DNA of 64,000 bases from Lingula anatina. Taxonomy: Eukaryota; Animalia; Brachiopoda. A program made the translations under genes and the position numbers. Position 1 is the first letter of the stretch; the number at the start of each line of letters is the position of its first letter. The stretch spans positions 13,082,001 to 13,146,000 of the forward strand of contig CM120646.1 of NCBI GenBank assembly GCA_051362555.1. Direction: 5' to 3'. Positions 1 to 14,000 of the stretch are shown in pieces. A model generated the notes under the pieces. It did no database searches. It saw only the letters and a list, made by a program, of their open reading frames with translations, and had not been told where the DNA came from.

Positions 1-3000
1 AACTACTTCATTCGGCGAATACGTTGGACCTACCGCCGGGACTGAAAATACAAATTGTGGACGAGTGTGTATGATTCGTGCCAAGTTAAATCTTAATGGA
101 TCCATCTTGTACATGTACTGAAGGTCTTCTTGAAGCATTTGTGGAACATTTATCATCTGCACAATGTTTTCAAACCTACATTCCTCAGAATCAAAAGTAA
201 AAACTTCCACCAAAGAACATCTTCACAACCAAAATTTAAATGTTGTTTTAACCAAGTCTAATGTAAGCCAAAGAAAACCCCGCCACAATGCTGATCAGAA
301 TTATGTATCATAATTACGTGGACATTTTCCCTCAGTGATAACAATGTCGTCTACTGCCAGGTCTCCAAAGCGACTGTCCGACAGCGTGGCCTCTATAACA
401 AGATCGCCAGCACCGGGTGGGAGATCAACACTGCCTTGTAACCAGGCCCTACTGCCACTAGCTAGTGAAAAAATAATGCCCATGAAATAATCATTTAACA
501 TAAGCCCTGCGAAGTGACCATGTACCTTAGAAGAGAAACAAGTAGAAATGTATATAAAGTGGCAATCATACTTATTTCTTCTTCAATGCAAATAACATGG
601 ATTTATTACAGGCAAAGAAACACATTTTCGCTTACAAGTGGTATACAAAAAGTACGAGGGCAGCATTTAACTAAGGGATACGCTATTTATCTTTGCATAT
701 ATTTTACACAAGAAGTGATTGGCCGAAGGAGAGAAAAGTGAAACACAAACGCCGGGCTGTACTACAAAAACACATGCAAATTAACTGTAACTGGCGTAAT
801 ATTTCAAGAAACATTCATTCGATTCGTACACCCGTGCATTTACTTACTAAAACATCGTCCAATTTCAAGCTGAGGGTCAAAGCGGATGATACACCAAGGT
901 TTATCATTGAGCGACTCTTCCAATGTACAACTATGGTATATTTGATTCTTATATGTGAATGGAAAGATACACGGAGGACCGTTCATATTGCCAGCATCGT
1001 CATACGTCTTGTTGGCCACTAAAACATAAACACAATTATAGGTTAAGCATCAATAAATCAATTCAAACGTCAATGATGTTTAATGGCAAAAAAAATATAA
1101 AATTATCATTTATGAATGGTTAAGAATATGTAAATTAATGGCATTTTGATTTTAGAATACTTAAATAAAAAAGAGAAGACGTACAACACTAAAGAGATTA
1201 CCTTCTCCGATTTTTTGCCATAAAAGAATACGTGATTGGCCCTTTAGCTGATAGTAAATGGACAGGTTCCCCATGTTTATACCAAAAGCGTGGTAATAGA
1301 AGGACAGACACCTGGAGCCGTAGCCTGGCACATCATGTAACACCAGGCGTGATTGGTCACCTTCTGAATGGCCGTCAGGCTGTACAAAGACGTAGCTACC
1401 TGTGCACAAAACGACGTTTGCAGAATTACTCCTCAAGCATAGTAAACTACATGTATGTCTTTCTTGGACTTACAAAATTAATGAGAATAGAACAAACGTC
1501 ATATTGAACAGCATAGGGAGCTGTTTATTTAAATATTTGTATTTTCTTTATCTTATCAACTACATATTCGGGTTAAATGGACTAACAGATATACCATCAG
1601 ATCAAGGAGAGACCGCGTAGCTTTCAAAGATTAAAGAAGATAAGCTCAAGGAAAAAGTCCCTTATCCAATTGCGTACCTCTGCCAATTTAAAAAGTAAAG
1701 CATACTTCTGTAAGTATGACATATGACATAGAGACAACTTCAAATGGTAATACAAGATAATGCCGCCAACGACAATAAACCCACCAGAACCGCTGGTATG
1801 GTCATACATTGGGCCTGTCAAATGCATGTATTGAAAGTCTGCTGGACCCTCTTCCCTTATCCAGTCGAATTCGTCTGTCTGATCTTGAACTATCCCACAG
1901 AATGTTGGGTCATCAAAGTTACAAGAAAACACCTCCGCCTGTGGCGCTAATGTCGCCGTTGTAATCGATCCGGTAGACGTCAGCACTGCTGGGGTCACGT
2001 GGCTTGGCTCATTTGACACTTGGGGTGGAACAGTGACTTGGTTGTTGGAAAACACCACTGGAATAATATTGTAAGTAATTACCTTTCATGAGATAATCTT
2101 AAATGTATGCTAATATACATTATTCAAATTCAAACCGCTGTATGTCTTTTGTTTGATGTTGGTTCCATTATCAAACATACAGCAATTATTTTTGTATTAG
2201 TGGACGCCTTATCACGTGAAAATGTTTTGATTTCACAATAAAGACGTTTGTATTAGGAATGACAAATTTATACCGCCTGTTTTTGCACATGGTTACATAC
2301 AAAAAATAACACTTAATTGTCAGTTGTGTTAACTGTTAAACAGTATTTGTAGAAGTTAAAACAATGGATTTGAAGCTGGTGAGCTGCATATCATTGTTCT
2401 TTATCCAAACCATACAGCTAAACGAAGATTCATGGATTCACGTTTTTATTCTTACCAGAACATTCTTGGTCATATACAGCAATGTCATCAATGGCAATGT
2501 CACTGAATAGACTAGCTGAAGTCATGGTGGCCTCGAATACGAGGCTGTCGGCGTTGGAAGGAATGATCAATGTTATGGGTCTCCAGGCAGGCGAACCGGA
2601 CGCTGGAAATAAAGAAAATGTATTTGTAAGAGCACTCGGAACAGGAATGGCCTATTGTGTGTAAGGGGTGAATTGTATTGGTTTATAGCAAGTCTACAAT
2701 TTCCATGAATATTCAAAGTAATTGCATCAAGAATGACATTTTGATTGCCCATCCCAGTCCATCACTGCTTTCTTCACTCATCAAGCTAAACTATAGACAC
2801 AGCTCTATAGATAATGTAGCTAAACACTTTGTTTTGTGAATGTCGGATTTAATTGTAAACGTAATCGTTATTACACGTGTATTTCTGACTGTTCACTTTA
2901 CGTATATACGAAGAAATCGAGGCACTATAGTAGTGTTGTAAAGTTTTAGAATTCGAGGACGAATTCTTTTGAAGAAGGGGTGTATGTTGTAAAGCAAATG

Positions 3001-6000
3001 ACATACACTTTCGACAATTACAAAACTATTAAAACAGAATTAAATATGTAGGAAGTTATTGAGTGCAAAGTAAATGTCTTAAAGTGTCAACGAGTGTAGA
3101 GACTGTTCTCGAAGCAAGAAAGGGTGGAACATTTCAGAATCAGATATAGTTGGATCTAATTGGTTAATTTTTCTATCGATTTGCAAGTTTTTAACACGTG
3201 TAAAACTCATGCATACTCGAGTTGGACAAGATCCAAGTTGAGTAATTCGGAAAATATTTCAAATATTTTAAATCATAAACAAGTCTCATTTAAATTACTA
3301 AATTAGGAAATATTGAATAGAGTTTTGTAATATGAGAATGGGAAATTCTTTGGGAAAATAGAATATAAATATAATACTTGTAGATTCTGTAAAAGAGTGA
3401 GTAGGTGAATAAACGTTCGAAAGCTCCAAACTTCTGTCGTCATTCCTGCACTATAACAGTAGTTAAACAAAGTCAATCATACCTTGACATCTTCCGTAGG
3501 AAAAAGTACCAGGAGCTTTTGTTACACACCATGGTTCATTGTTTGTTGACTGATGGAGAGTACATGCATAAAACATGTAGCCGTCGTAGTCAAAAGGGAA
3601 TGCACAACCTGATCCATTGGAATTTCCTCCGTAAGTGACATCAGTAGATACTGCAACAAATGGATCAAAATCGATATGATATGCGCATGTAGAAATCGGT
3701 CTAAATAGAATACACATTCACTCAAATCCACTTAACGTGAAAACAATAGACTCTAACATCAAACTGAAATATGCACACCAATTCTAAAATGTGTCGATTT
3801 TTTATTTCTCAGTAATAAATATTATCCGTATCAAAAACAATTTTCGAATTGTATGCATGCACACAGAGTGTCTCCAGATACTGCTTACTTTGGCCAACTT
3901 CTGTCCACATATTTGTTCGTCTTGATTTCACTGAAGACCCCACAGTGAAGGCACCGAGGTCGATACCGTACATGCTGAGGTAGAAATGAAGACACCGAGG
4001 GGTACGTGACGGGTTGATAAGAGGTAGGATCAGACGCGCTGATTTGCCTTTGAAGTGACCGGGATTAGCAGCATAGGTGTAAATCCCTGGAAGTAGACGC
4101 ATTACCAGTGAACATTTTGTTGTGTTGTGTTTTCGTAGAAAAATTATAGACTCCGTTATTTCATTATCCTGGATTATTGAAATGTTCAGAAACTGGTGCC
4201 TTTGTGAGGCTTTAGCAGTTTTCAGTACGTATTACAATTTCTTAATTTTCTGGCATGACTACCTTGCCATGCCGTGTGTGTATATATACATGTATGTGTA
4301 CATGTAACCTCGGTACGCTGAACATATCAACGAAAATTGATTTGATTAATTTTAGGTATTTGTGTCCCTCTACAATGGGGAGCTCTGTACAAACTTGTTA
4401 AATGAGGCATTACAACGAAATATTTATTTCTAATTTTAGAATCCATTACCATACGATTAAGGCAAAACACCGTGCTTTATACCTTTTCCAGTAGTATGGT
4501 CGGCGGTTGGCCCCGTGAAGCCAATAGGCGAAGGCCCACTTCGTGTTTCCCAGTAGAAATCACTGGTCGGATCTGGCTTTATACCACAAGTATTATGATT
4601 TTCAAAGTCACATTTCAGCACTGGTGTATATGTGACTATCGAGGAACCTGAAAATCCAGTATGAATTTAAAATTCAAGGGATCATACCTTATTGAATGTC
4701 AAATTCGCGTTGTTTTATTTTTCTTAAAGGTGCAGTTGCGAATATTTGGAAGGATATTTTTCGGAATTTCACCATTACCAGTTGCATAATTTCCTTTTTT
4801 TAAACAAAGCTACTTTTCCAGCAATATTGAAAGTATTGAGCAATATGTGTCAAGCCATACGTTATGTTTTGATTTATTTTATAAAACCCTTACATGTTTT
4901 TCAAATGCTCAAAAAATTAATTTGACTCCATATAATGTGTACCATTATGGAAGATAGTTTTTTATTAACTGAAGGTTCCTACCTGCACATGTCTCTTCCA
5001 TGACCATTATATCATCCAAGGCAAAATCACTGAAGGTGCTATTGGTGAGGATGACCTCAAAAGTCACGTGGTAAGACCCCACCGGAAGTGATACCTTGGT
5101 AACAAGCCACTCTGACGAGCCGGATGCTGCACAGGGGAAAATGATATGTGAACAAAATTCCCAATAGGTTTTCTGAAGAGTTTCGTGAAAATTTATACCA
5201 TGTTTTAACATTTGTTGTAGGTTCCGATAACCATGTAGATACAATAAATAGCTTTTTTTGTTGTACAGGGCTTAATTGTCATACTGGTATATTGAAACTT
5301 TCTGTACTTGGATTCTGGTCTAATACTGAGCTGTGTACACACATATCATTGCTCTACTTCAGTAAGACCTTGTGAAGTACAGCTGATTGAAAGAAATTAA
5401 AAGCGTGTTGTATAATCTGCATGATCACAACATATTGTTCAAACTGGAATTAAATAATGTTATAATAATAATAATAATAGTTAATGTAAAAAAAAACGCA
5501 TGTTAACATAATATTGTAAGATCTAATAAGCCGATTTTAACAGTTTTATTATCCCATCAGATTTGGTGTCTCTCTGCGTTTTGGATCTCACACACATCAT
5601 TTACTAGTATTCTGTGCATAAACTAGGAATGGGAACATTGCCCAAACGAGAATAACGAATCTGACTCAAACTCAGTGACGAGAGTGATTTACACATGTCA
5701 TCTAATATCATTCATAATTGAGTTGCTCCTCTAAGCATGCCTGTATAAAAGCATTAAACATTGATATACGAAGGTTGGACAACTTACAATGCTCAACTTA
5801 CTTCTACATCGGCCATATTTGAAGTTTTTGGAGAGATCGCTCACCGTTCCACACCATGGCTCATCCGGCTTTGAGGAGTCTACTAACGTGCAACTGTGAT
5901 GCACTGTGCTGCGATACGTGAAGGGGAAGTGACACGGTGAACCGTCGGTTTCATACGTACTTGTGGTTGTGACTGCATCGGGAAGAAATGTCAGAGTGAG

Positions 6001-8824
6001 GCCGGTGGGCGGGGTTGTGAGTGTGAGTGGGGATTTGATGATAAAGTGATAGGGAATAATACTGGTCAGTTATACTGTGTATGTATTATACTGTTATATT
6101 ATTCAGTAAAATATTTAAGAATAGTATGGAAAAAAGATAACGATAATTGCTATCCAAGCTTTCAGAAAGAATTGTATACTATCTGAAAAGTAGGGCCACA
6201 TGAGAAGTACACATACGTTTAACAAAAATAATATTCAATATCATATATTATGTCCAGTTCCCATAGTGATTTTAAGAACAGGATAATTAAAGAATATAAT
6301 AAGTGATCTGTTTAAGATGTATTCGGAATCCAGAAGGTCTAAATTCGCTTTCATCCGGATCCGCTCAAGAAGTAAAACGATAAGTAGGACTTCTGTAAAC
6401 TATAATCTAATTGTATACATAAATATTTAAAAAGACACAAATTCACTTGCAGAGAAAACTCAACATGCACAGAAAAAATACTTTCACATGTACAGATAGG
6501 CATTAACATCGCTAAATTTTTTACCATCTTTCATCAAAGAGCACAATTTGGGGGTGTGTTACCGATGAGATCATGAATAGTCTGGCCTAGGCCAGATCCC
6601 AATTGGGCCTTTGCACTGTTAACAGCAGATTGGGTATGTTGATTGACCAAGTAATTGTCAGGGTTTGACCTAGTCCAAATCCCAATAGGGATGTGGCCCA
6701 ATCCAGTTAGTAACTGGACTCGATTGGGATATGGCATGTGACACATACAAAGAAATGTGTAAAGAGTGGAGAAGGAAGGTGTGACAGGCATGAGATCTAA
6801 ACTGTATACTGTCACCAATACCTTTGCCAGTTTGCGACCACTCCCTGGTGGTAGATCCATTAACATAGGTTATCCCCACGCTCAGCGTGCCCATGTCAAT
6901 GCCGTACATATGGTAGGCGAAGGTCAGACAGGATGGCACCTTGACCGTAAGCAGAGGGGAGCTGGTCACCGCCCGCTGACCGGAGTAGTGCTTTATGTCA
7001 CTGTTCACGTAAAGGTAAGATCCTGAAATTTTGCTCAGACGTTTGAAAATTATCTGACAAATTTTTGGCTGGTCTTAGATGAGGTGTGCACGTCCTAGTA
7101 CATGTAGGTTCCGTTGTTAAACCGAAAAATAACCATATTTTCTCTGAATTTCATGCCTCGCACATAGCTAAATGTGTCATTACAATTCATCACCAAATTG
7201 ATAAAATCCATGTCACTTACTTACAAGATATAGAGAGATTATATTTAAAAAAAAAAACTGAATGAGACTCTTTAAGGTAATACATCCAGTATAGCTTAAA
7301 GGATGCTATTGACAAATACTGAACGAAAAGAAAAGTAGATTAAGAAGAATTAAGTTCATGTTAGAAGAGGCAAATCCATATATATGTATTTATAACAAGA
7401 AGTGTCACATTCAAGAATAAAAATGTTTCACTAACCTCCACCACTCGTGTGATCTCCGCGTGGACCGGTTGCCATGGAGTCTCTAGCCTTGCCTCGTTTT
7501 CGAACCCAGTTTATAGCGTTGGCTTGATCTTGTGTAAAGCCACATGATGAGGAATCACAGTCACACTGAAATAAGTATTTTGCCAGCGAGGGACGTGCTG
7601 AAAAATATTAAATGCGCATTTAAGTGTATTGTACAGGTACATGGTTTATACTGACTTAGGGATATCTGTTAAATACATTTTAATTAGGTATAACTCTCAA
7701 ACCCCAGTTCCATGGGCCTCGGTACATAGTGTATAATAACATGATCTTACTGGAATGGGCAATTGGCCTCCAAACCTATAAACTGGTGCATATTTGAAAC
7801 TTCACAAAACAAGAGGAGCAGGCAAAAACCTTCCACAGTAGACAGAGCCCCAACTGCTCGATCAGTTACACTGCATGCAACTCCTAACAGCATTTGCATT
7901 TATAATGTGTTTGTACTATTTAAGCCAATATAAGTTTATCCTTCAACGATGGACTTTGTCTTTTTACAGCGTGAAGAAAGCGTATTACAACGGTGAAGCT
8001 TATGAAACATGAGCGAAATGAACTTGTTTTACTTAAGACCTTATCTCTTCCGCATCAGAATTAAATTTGGCAGCTTTTGGGGTCTTACACTTAACAGGAC
8101 GTAGAGAAAATGCCGCGTGATTATAAGGACCAACTTTTTTCCAACTAGAATGATACGAAGTGAAACAAACTATACTAAGATGTATTTGCTCTACCGGTAT
8201 CTTTCTCTGTGCGAGTGCGTTTGGTTATCATTTCTTTGCACTGATCCTTCAACAAATGTAAATAGTGAATAAGTTATAACATACACATTGTAGATTACAA
8301 AATCAAAAAAGGCAACTTCGCCGATATCACCTCAGTCGAGAATGATATGAGCAAATGTCAAGTTGTAGTTATCAGTGCTTCCTTTGGCAGCTCTTACCTC
8401 ATTGTTGTCCGATGGCGGTCTAATTAATCGAAACAAGGAGGTACTTTCCATAGATACTATACCTCCTTGATCGAACCCTGTAGCACTTGAACGCTCTTAA
8501 TTATAATACGGTGGTAGAGAAAAGAGACTCAGAATTATAACGTGATTATTTAATGCGATAAGATTAACGTATTAACAGAGCTATTGTGTATTAAAATGGA
8601 CCCGCTTATTTCTTTCTGATAAAATGTCCACACAAATTTCGATATTATACGTTTTACGGGGGTATTTCATTACTGGATGCATGACATTTTCGGAGAGAGG
8701 AGATGTGTATTAAAGTCTGAGGTAAAATGAAGCAGCAGATATGTACATAAAAATAATTGAAGAGGTGTTGAACATTCAGTACGTGTGTCTTTATTAATAT
8801 GATATCATTGTAAACCTTTGGATG

Positions 8825-8901
<77 letters not shown>

Positions 8902-8945
8902 ACCCATCCACCCACCCACCCAACCACCCACACCCAGCCACCCAG

Positions 8946-8979
<34 letters not shown>

Positions 8980-9065
8980 CCAGCCACCCAGCCACACACA
9001 CACAGCCACCCAGCTACACACACCCACCCACACACACACCCACCCACGCACACACAGCCACCCAG

Positions 9066-9109
<44 letters not shown>

Positions 9110-9292
9110 AGAGAGACTTCCATCAACTTTTTTGTAGGATATCACTTTTAAAGTCCGTTTTCAAGAATAGGTACAGGTATGACAAATCTCCTGTCCATTG
9201 GCAATCAACTGACGTTTCACTCCCCATCGGTACATACCTTCGTACAGGATTAAAAGTAGGATTAAGAGATTCTTCGTCCCTGGAATCGCCAT
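1..9292 (-). CDS. Secreted or cell-surface protein with 3+ tandem MAM domains, each interrupted by an FN2 domain; 3' end lies outside the window
   Basis: All introns are GT-AG and phase 1. Exons in transcript order: 9238-9292 (MAIPGTKNLLILLLILYE, signal peptide continuing ARPSLA); 7436-7597 (MAM-N: CDCDSSSCGF...W...TGPRGDHTSG); 6822-7022 (MAM-mid: GSYLYV...CLTFAYHMYG..MGTL); 5802-5972 (FN2: PCHFPFTY...CT...PWCGT...YGRC); 4983-5126 (MAM-C: W...FEV...DFALDDI..C); 4483-4647 (N); 3889-4086 (mid); 3483-3650 (FN2); 2456-2602 (C); 1785-2057 (S/T/P linker + N); 1202-1399 (mid); 848-1018 (FN2); 318-461 (C); <1-41. Every internal exon length is a multiple of 3. Confidence 0.9.
2950..3200 (+). mobile_element. 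Possible Ty3/Gypsy LTR remnant (PPT / 3' LTR junction) in an intron
   Basis: AATTCGAGGACGAATTCTTTTGAAGAAGGGGTGTATGTTGT resembles the typical Gypsy integrase-end, polypurine tract and TG LTR start. The extent is uncertain. Confidence 0.35.
8831..9116. repeat. Compound (CT)n/(CA)n microsatellite with CCACCCAG units
   Basis: Seen directly; it explains the spurious VCVC/THTH ORFs. Confidence 0.97.
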
Positions 9293-10673
9293 GGTCAACT
9301 GGCTTTTATATTGTCATTCACGGTTTTCCTCGATTTTATATAAATCACTGGAAAGTTTTGGTTTTGAAACACAACAAGGAAACCCTGCAGGGCGCAGCTT
9401 CGTTGATTTCCGTCTTTTTATCCTCGTCAATTAAGATCTGACTTAACAGCGATGTTCACTCAACATGCTGTTTGCCACCTCGGTTAAAACATGGTCGAGG
9501 ATGAATAACTTCTAGTCTTCATGATTTGATCAATACGTACATATATACACTTATGTGACGTTGTAGAGGTACTCAACCTGTTAATCATTGTCTCACAACA
9601 ACTAGAGTGGCTGAACTGTGACAGAACTCCTCGTAATATTAAAGACAGTTGAGATAATAAAGACTGCACATATTGCTATCTAGTTGTGTAAACGTACTTA
9701 TCTACCCTGAAAAGCGTATTGTGTTAGCTGAGCCGCGGTTGAGACATGCGGTCGTGATTGCGTTTCTAGAGAATTTAGAATAGTGTTTGTTGGTTTGTGA
9801 CCCCGTTGCGACGGGCCTTCGATTTCACGTATCTGATAGGCCGTCCTCCATTAGATTCGCACAAGCTAGGGTTAGTGTGACGTAAATGGGTCAAAATCTA
9901 GGACAAAGCTTCACTCATATCCGTGGGTACCGGACTGTCCGTAAGAGGCTCTGGTACCGGTGCTTTTTTATCAGTTTATATTAATGCAATTATACATTGC
10001 TTCGTATTATAGATGATGCACCTTTTATTTTCAAGTGAAAGATTTTTGGCTGGACACTTAATTTTGTTCACCTATGGGCAGCGTCTCTCAAGAAGTTAGA
10101 TAGATATATAATTTCATTCCAACGAGAGCAGAAAATAACAAAACTTTACAATACAGCTTTACAATATTGAGACCCAGGCACCCTTTGGTTATAGTCCAAT
10201 AAGAAAATTTCCGCATATTTTTTGTGCTGCAAAAGTCTACTTGGTATTTGAATGCGTTTGTATTAGCCTGCATGCTTACAGATAGTCGTGGTATATCCAT
10301 ATCGTTAATGAACTCGTCTGACGTTATCACTGTGTCACCTGGTTTATCTTGGGTTAAGCGATTCAAGGTCACGGATAGGACACAATGGTTGGGGTTTTAC
10401 TTATCTTAATCGACGCGGTCCATGGGTGTCACTGTTGCCTTGTCAGCAGAGTTTAAGAAAAAAACCACAGAAGGATAATATATGAAAATAAGAAATTACA
10501 AATGTGCAACATTTGCTTAATTTTGAAGGCCAAATACGTGACGCTTTGAGCGTAAATGGCAGTTTTAAATTATTCTGGCTGGAAAATATGTCAACCCACC
10601 TACAGTGCCTATCCTGTACCTTGATTACTCCCAATGCTTTTTTGCAGCAACTACAGATCAATGTGACCACGCA

Positions 10674-10896
10674 TTAGACCCCATTCCCATACCTAGATCG
10701 ATCTAGTAGGATCAACCCATCTTTGAGAGGATTATTGCTAAATTGCATTCAGCTTAAGCGGTTTAGATGTCTGGCACGTCATATGGAAAACGATAGTTAA
10801 TTACTCCCTAACAGCTTCAGTAGGCATATCAGACATCAGAGCCGCTTAAGCTGGGTCGATCCTGCTAGATCGCTCTAGGTATGGGAAGGGGTCCAA
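10674..10896. mobile_element. Palindromic MITE, family A (copy 1)
   Basis: Terminal inverted repeats GACCCC(A)TTCCCATACCTAGATCGATCTAG / CTAGATCGCTCTAGGTATGGGAAGGGGTC. The GCTAAATTGCATT...AAGCCGCTTAAGCTG core is shared with five other copies in the window. Confidence 0.8.
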
Positions 10897-10976
10897 GCTG
10901 TACGCGTAGGCCAAAGCGCGGGGGACCTGATACGCTGTAGGCGAACATGTTGGTAATTTTCCCACGTGTAGACGTC

Positions 10977-10984
10977 TATAAAAA
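10977..10984 (+). promoter_or_regulatory. Candidate TATA box of arylsulfatase gene 1
   Basis: TATAAAAA about 35 bp upstream of the start codon, which sits in a good Kozak context (CACCATGG). Confidence 0.35.
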
Positions 10985-11017
10985 CCGACTTAGACACAAG
11001 TTATAGCAGGCTTCACC

Positions 11018-14000
11018 ATGGGCATGGGCAAGGCGTTGTGTCTGTTCGTTTGTTTGGGAGCTGTGTTCTCCCAGCCACCCACCAAACCTAACATTGTGGT
11101 GGTTATGTTGGACGATGTCGGTAAGTTATTGAGAACTGAGAGTACGTACAGAGTGTGGTAGAAATATATAACTCCTACCCCTAGAAATTATTTTTTAAAA
11201 TATCCTATTTCAAATTGAAACCTCTATCGGAATAGAAAGGAATGTAATTCAATGTAAGATTACGCCTACAAAATTGTGTTGTGACGGACTGCCTTATTTC
11301 GTAGATGGAATCCCCTCCCTTTGAATGGTACATGTAGGCCCCATATTTGTGACACTTAGAACTCTTTAGTCACATCATTTGATTGGACACGATATGTTGT
11401 ACAAATTCTAAAATGCTTCCAGTACAATATATTTAAGTATAATGCTTTTCAAACTCCTGCCGTCCATTTAACAAGGTTATAATGACGTTGGCTGGAACAA
11501 CCCACACATCAAGACGCCAAATTTGGACAAAATGGCACGTGAAGGAGTCACCCTCAACAACTCTTACTCTCAACCCGTGTGCTCTCCGTAAGTATACAAT
11601 AAATCATTGCTTTCACAATAAATACAACATTTTATAAATTGTCTTAATTCAATTCAACTCGGTGGAAAAGTTCACTTCAATGTAGTTCACAGCCAGCAGT
11701 TCATTACTTTTTCTAAAAGTAATATAGATCTACTGTTTGTTTTCAGATCCAGGGCGGCCCTTCTCACAGGCCGTTACCCACATAACGTGAACATGGACGT
11801 AAGTTAAAGTTTATATTCCGTTGGAGCGTACCACCTTGGCGGATACTCGAAACATTTTTGAGGGGGAGAGGCACTACACTTTCCCTCTTTGTTGGACAAT
11901 ATTTTAAAATCCGGTGCAATCTATTTTTTCTGTGTCCTTTATTTCTTTCTCTTTTTTTTTCTTGGAGAATTCACCTTGGTGCCATAGAGTGAAATATTCG
12001 ACAGCACTGATTCTTTCGGTGGTGAAGTTAAGGCATAAGTTACACAGTTTAATGTTTATTATTATTACTGAGAACGTACAGTACAATTTGGTCTCATTAC
12101 ATGAATTTAGAATTCTGAACACGGTTTTGGCAATATCAAAATTGAGAAGATGTGGTCATTTTCTTTTCGTTATAGTGCTATGAAGTGCGTTTTATTAACA
12201 CATTGGTAACGTGTTTATGCACATTTCACCTTAAAGCAAGTGTATCTAGAGCTGCCCATATCTCACAGCATTTCCAATTCATTGAGGAACTTTCAAGGCA
12301 ATAGTGGGTCAGAGACGCACATGGAATTCGCCAACCGAAGACATAATTGTTTTCTTGATTATAGAGTGCAGAGATTTTGTGCGCAGAATGACCGCTGGGC
12401 AGGTTTCAGCAATGAGCTTTAGGGACTATTCCCAGACCCTGTCGTACTAACTGTGGATCGATCTATCGCCGAAGGGATTCTCGCTAAATTACAATCAACT
12501 GAAGCGGCTTAGATGTCTGTAACGGCTACTGAAGCTGATAGGGGGTAATAAACTATCGTTGAGCAGCTTTAGTAGGCGTGCCAGACACCTAAGCCGCTTA
12601 AGCTGAAAACAATTTTGTCATGCCATTACTTACTGTGCCCGTAGATGCAGATGAAATATAGATGTTGAATTGAACTTTACTGCATCAGTCCTAATATTTC
12701 TGACAGGGTGCTGCTACATTCGGTCCCACCATACCGGACGGCTTGGATTTGAAGTACTGGATTTTACCACAGAAATTAAAAGAACTAGGCTACACTACAC
12801 ACGCCATTGGAAAGTGAGTACGGGTTAGAAAATGTTAGAAATTGTAAATAAATTTTGGCAAAGTTAGTGGAATTTGGAGCCTTATTGACATAAAGTGGTA
12901 CATGCATATACCTATGCATCAGAACATTCCTTAGTATTTGATGAAAATCCTTGCAAACGATGTAGAACCAGGAACTGCTTTCAAGTAATACTGTTCCATA
13001 ATCATGAATTGCATTCTTAGTTCTTTGTTCTTTGGTTTTTCAGCATACTAATAGTAATCAAAAATAACTAAATAATAACTAAACTGTATTTAGCTTCACT
13101 TGTATCTTTCAGATGGCACTTAGGATTTTGCGATTGGAAGTACACTCCAACAGAACGCGGATTTGATACCTTCTTCGGCTTTTACTTGGGCGCAAATGAT
13201 TACTTCTCCCATCGCAGTGAGTATCTTAAATCACATAACACTGATATTAAAATGATAATAACAAAGCGCAATAATTGCCAGATTTAAAATATCATAATAC
13301 GTTTGCCATTCACTAGTCCATGCCAGGCACTTTCTTTCGAGCTTTCAATCGTACCATGTGCCTATATCTATTATCCACACAAATTATCGTTTTTACAGCA
13401 ATAATTGGCAAAGATGGATTTGACGGTCTCGATCTGAGGTTCAACAAGACCCTCGTGACAGACAAAGATGGTGTGTACGATACAGTGAGTATAGCAAATG
13501 ACACCAAATTAATACATTATACCTACATGTAGTTTGTCAGTGTAAATTAATTCGCAACACTATGTCATTTCCACTCCATATTACTGTCATAGTGGCTTGA
13601 AAACCACGTCAAATAACGTCTTGTGCCTTTTGTGATGAATGTAAAACACATTTGAATATTCCCTTTAAATGTCAAGGTATAATGTACAGCAACTAGTTAA
13701 AATATTTTTAATAATAAAAAACGCGTAAAATACAAACATGGAAACACACTCTCGTCAAGTTCTAAATCAAACCCCAAGTACGGTTATGTTGGTGATTGGT
13801 AAGTTAAGGCTTAACCTCTTAACCTAGAGTTACCGATGCAAGGGACGTTGCTTTAAAACCTGGTTTCAAATAAGGCGCAGCGATGGTTCAGTTGTTGACT
13901 TGGTATAAAATAAAATGCGTATCCCTTCTTACCTAGAACATGTGGTCCGACAGAGCGGTGGAAATCATCAAGAATCACGACAGAAACGTACCGTTTTTTG

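Noticed and set aside
2482-2664. Plus-strand 60-aa ORF
   Set aside because: Antisense shadow of MAM exon 2456-2602.
7751-8419. Extra micro-exons of the MAM gene at 7751-7775 and 8398-8419
   Set aside because: Phases are incompatible; the direct 9238^7597 join gives a good signal peptide.
8794-9441. Long ORFs of VCVC / THTH / SLSL repeats
   Set aside because: Translations of a microsatellite; the same applies to the ERER/LSLS ORFs at 22973-23400.
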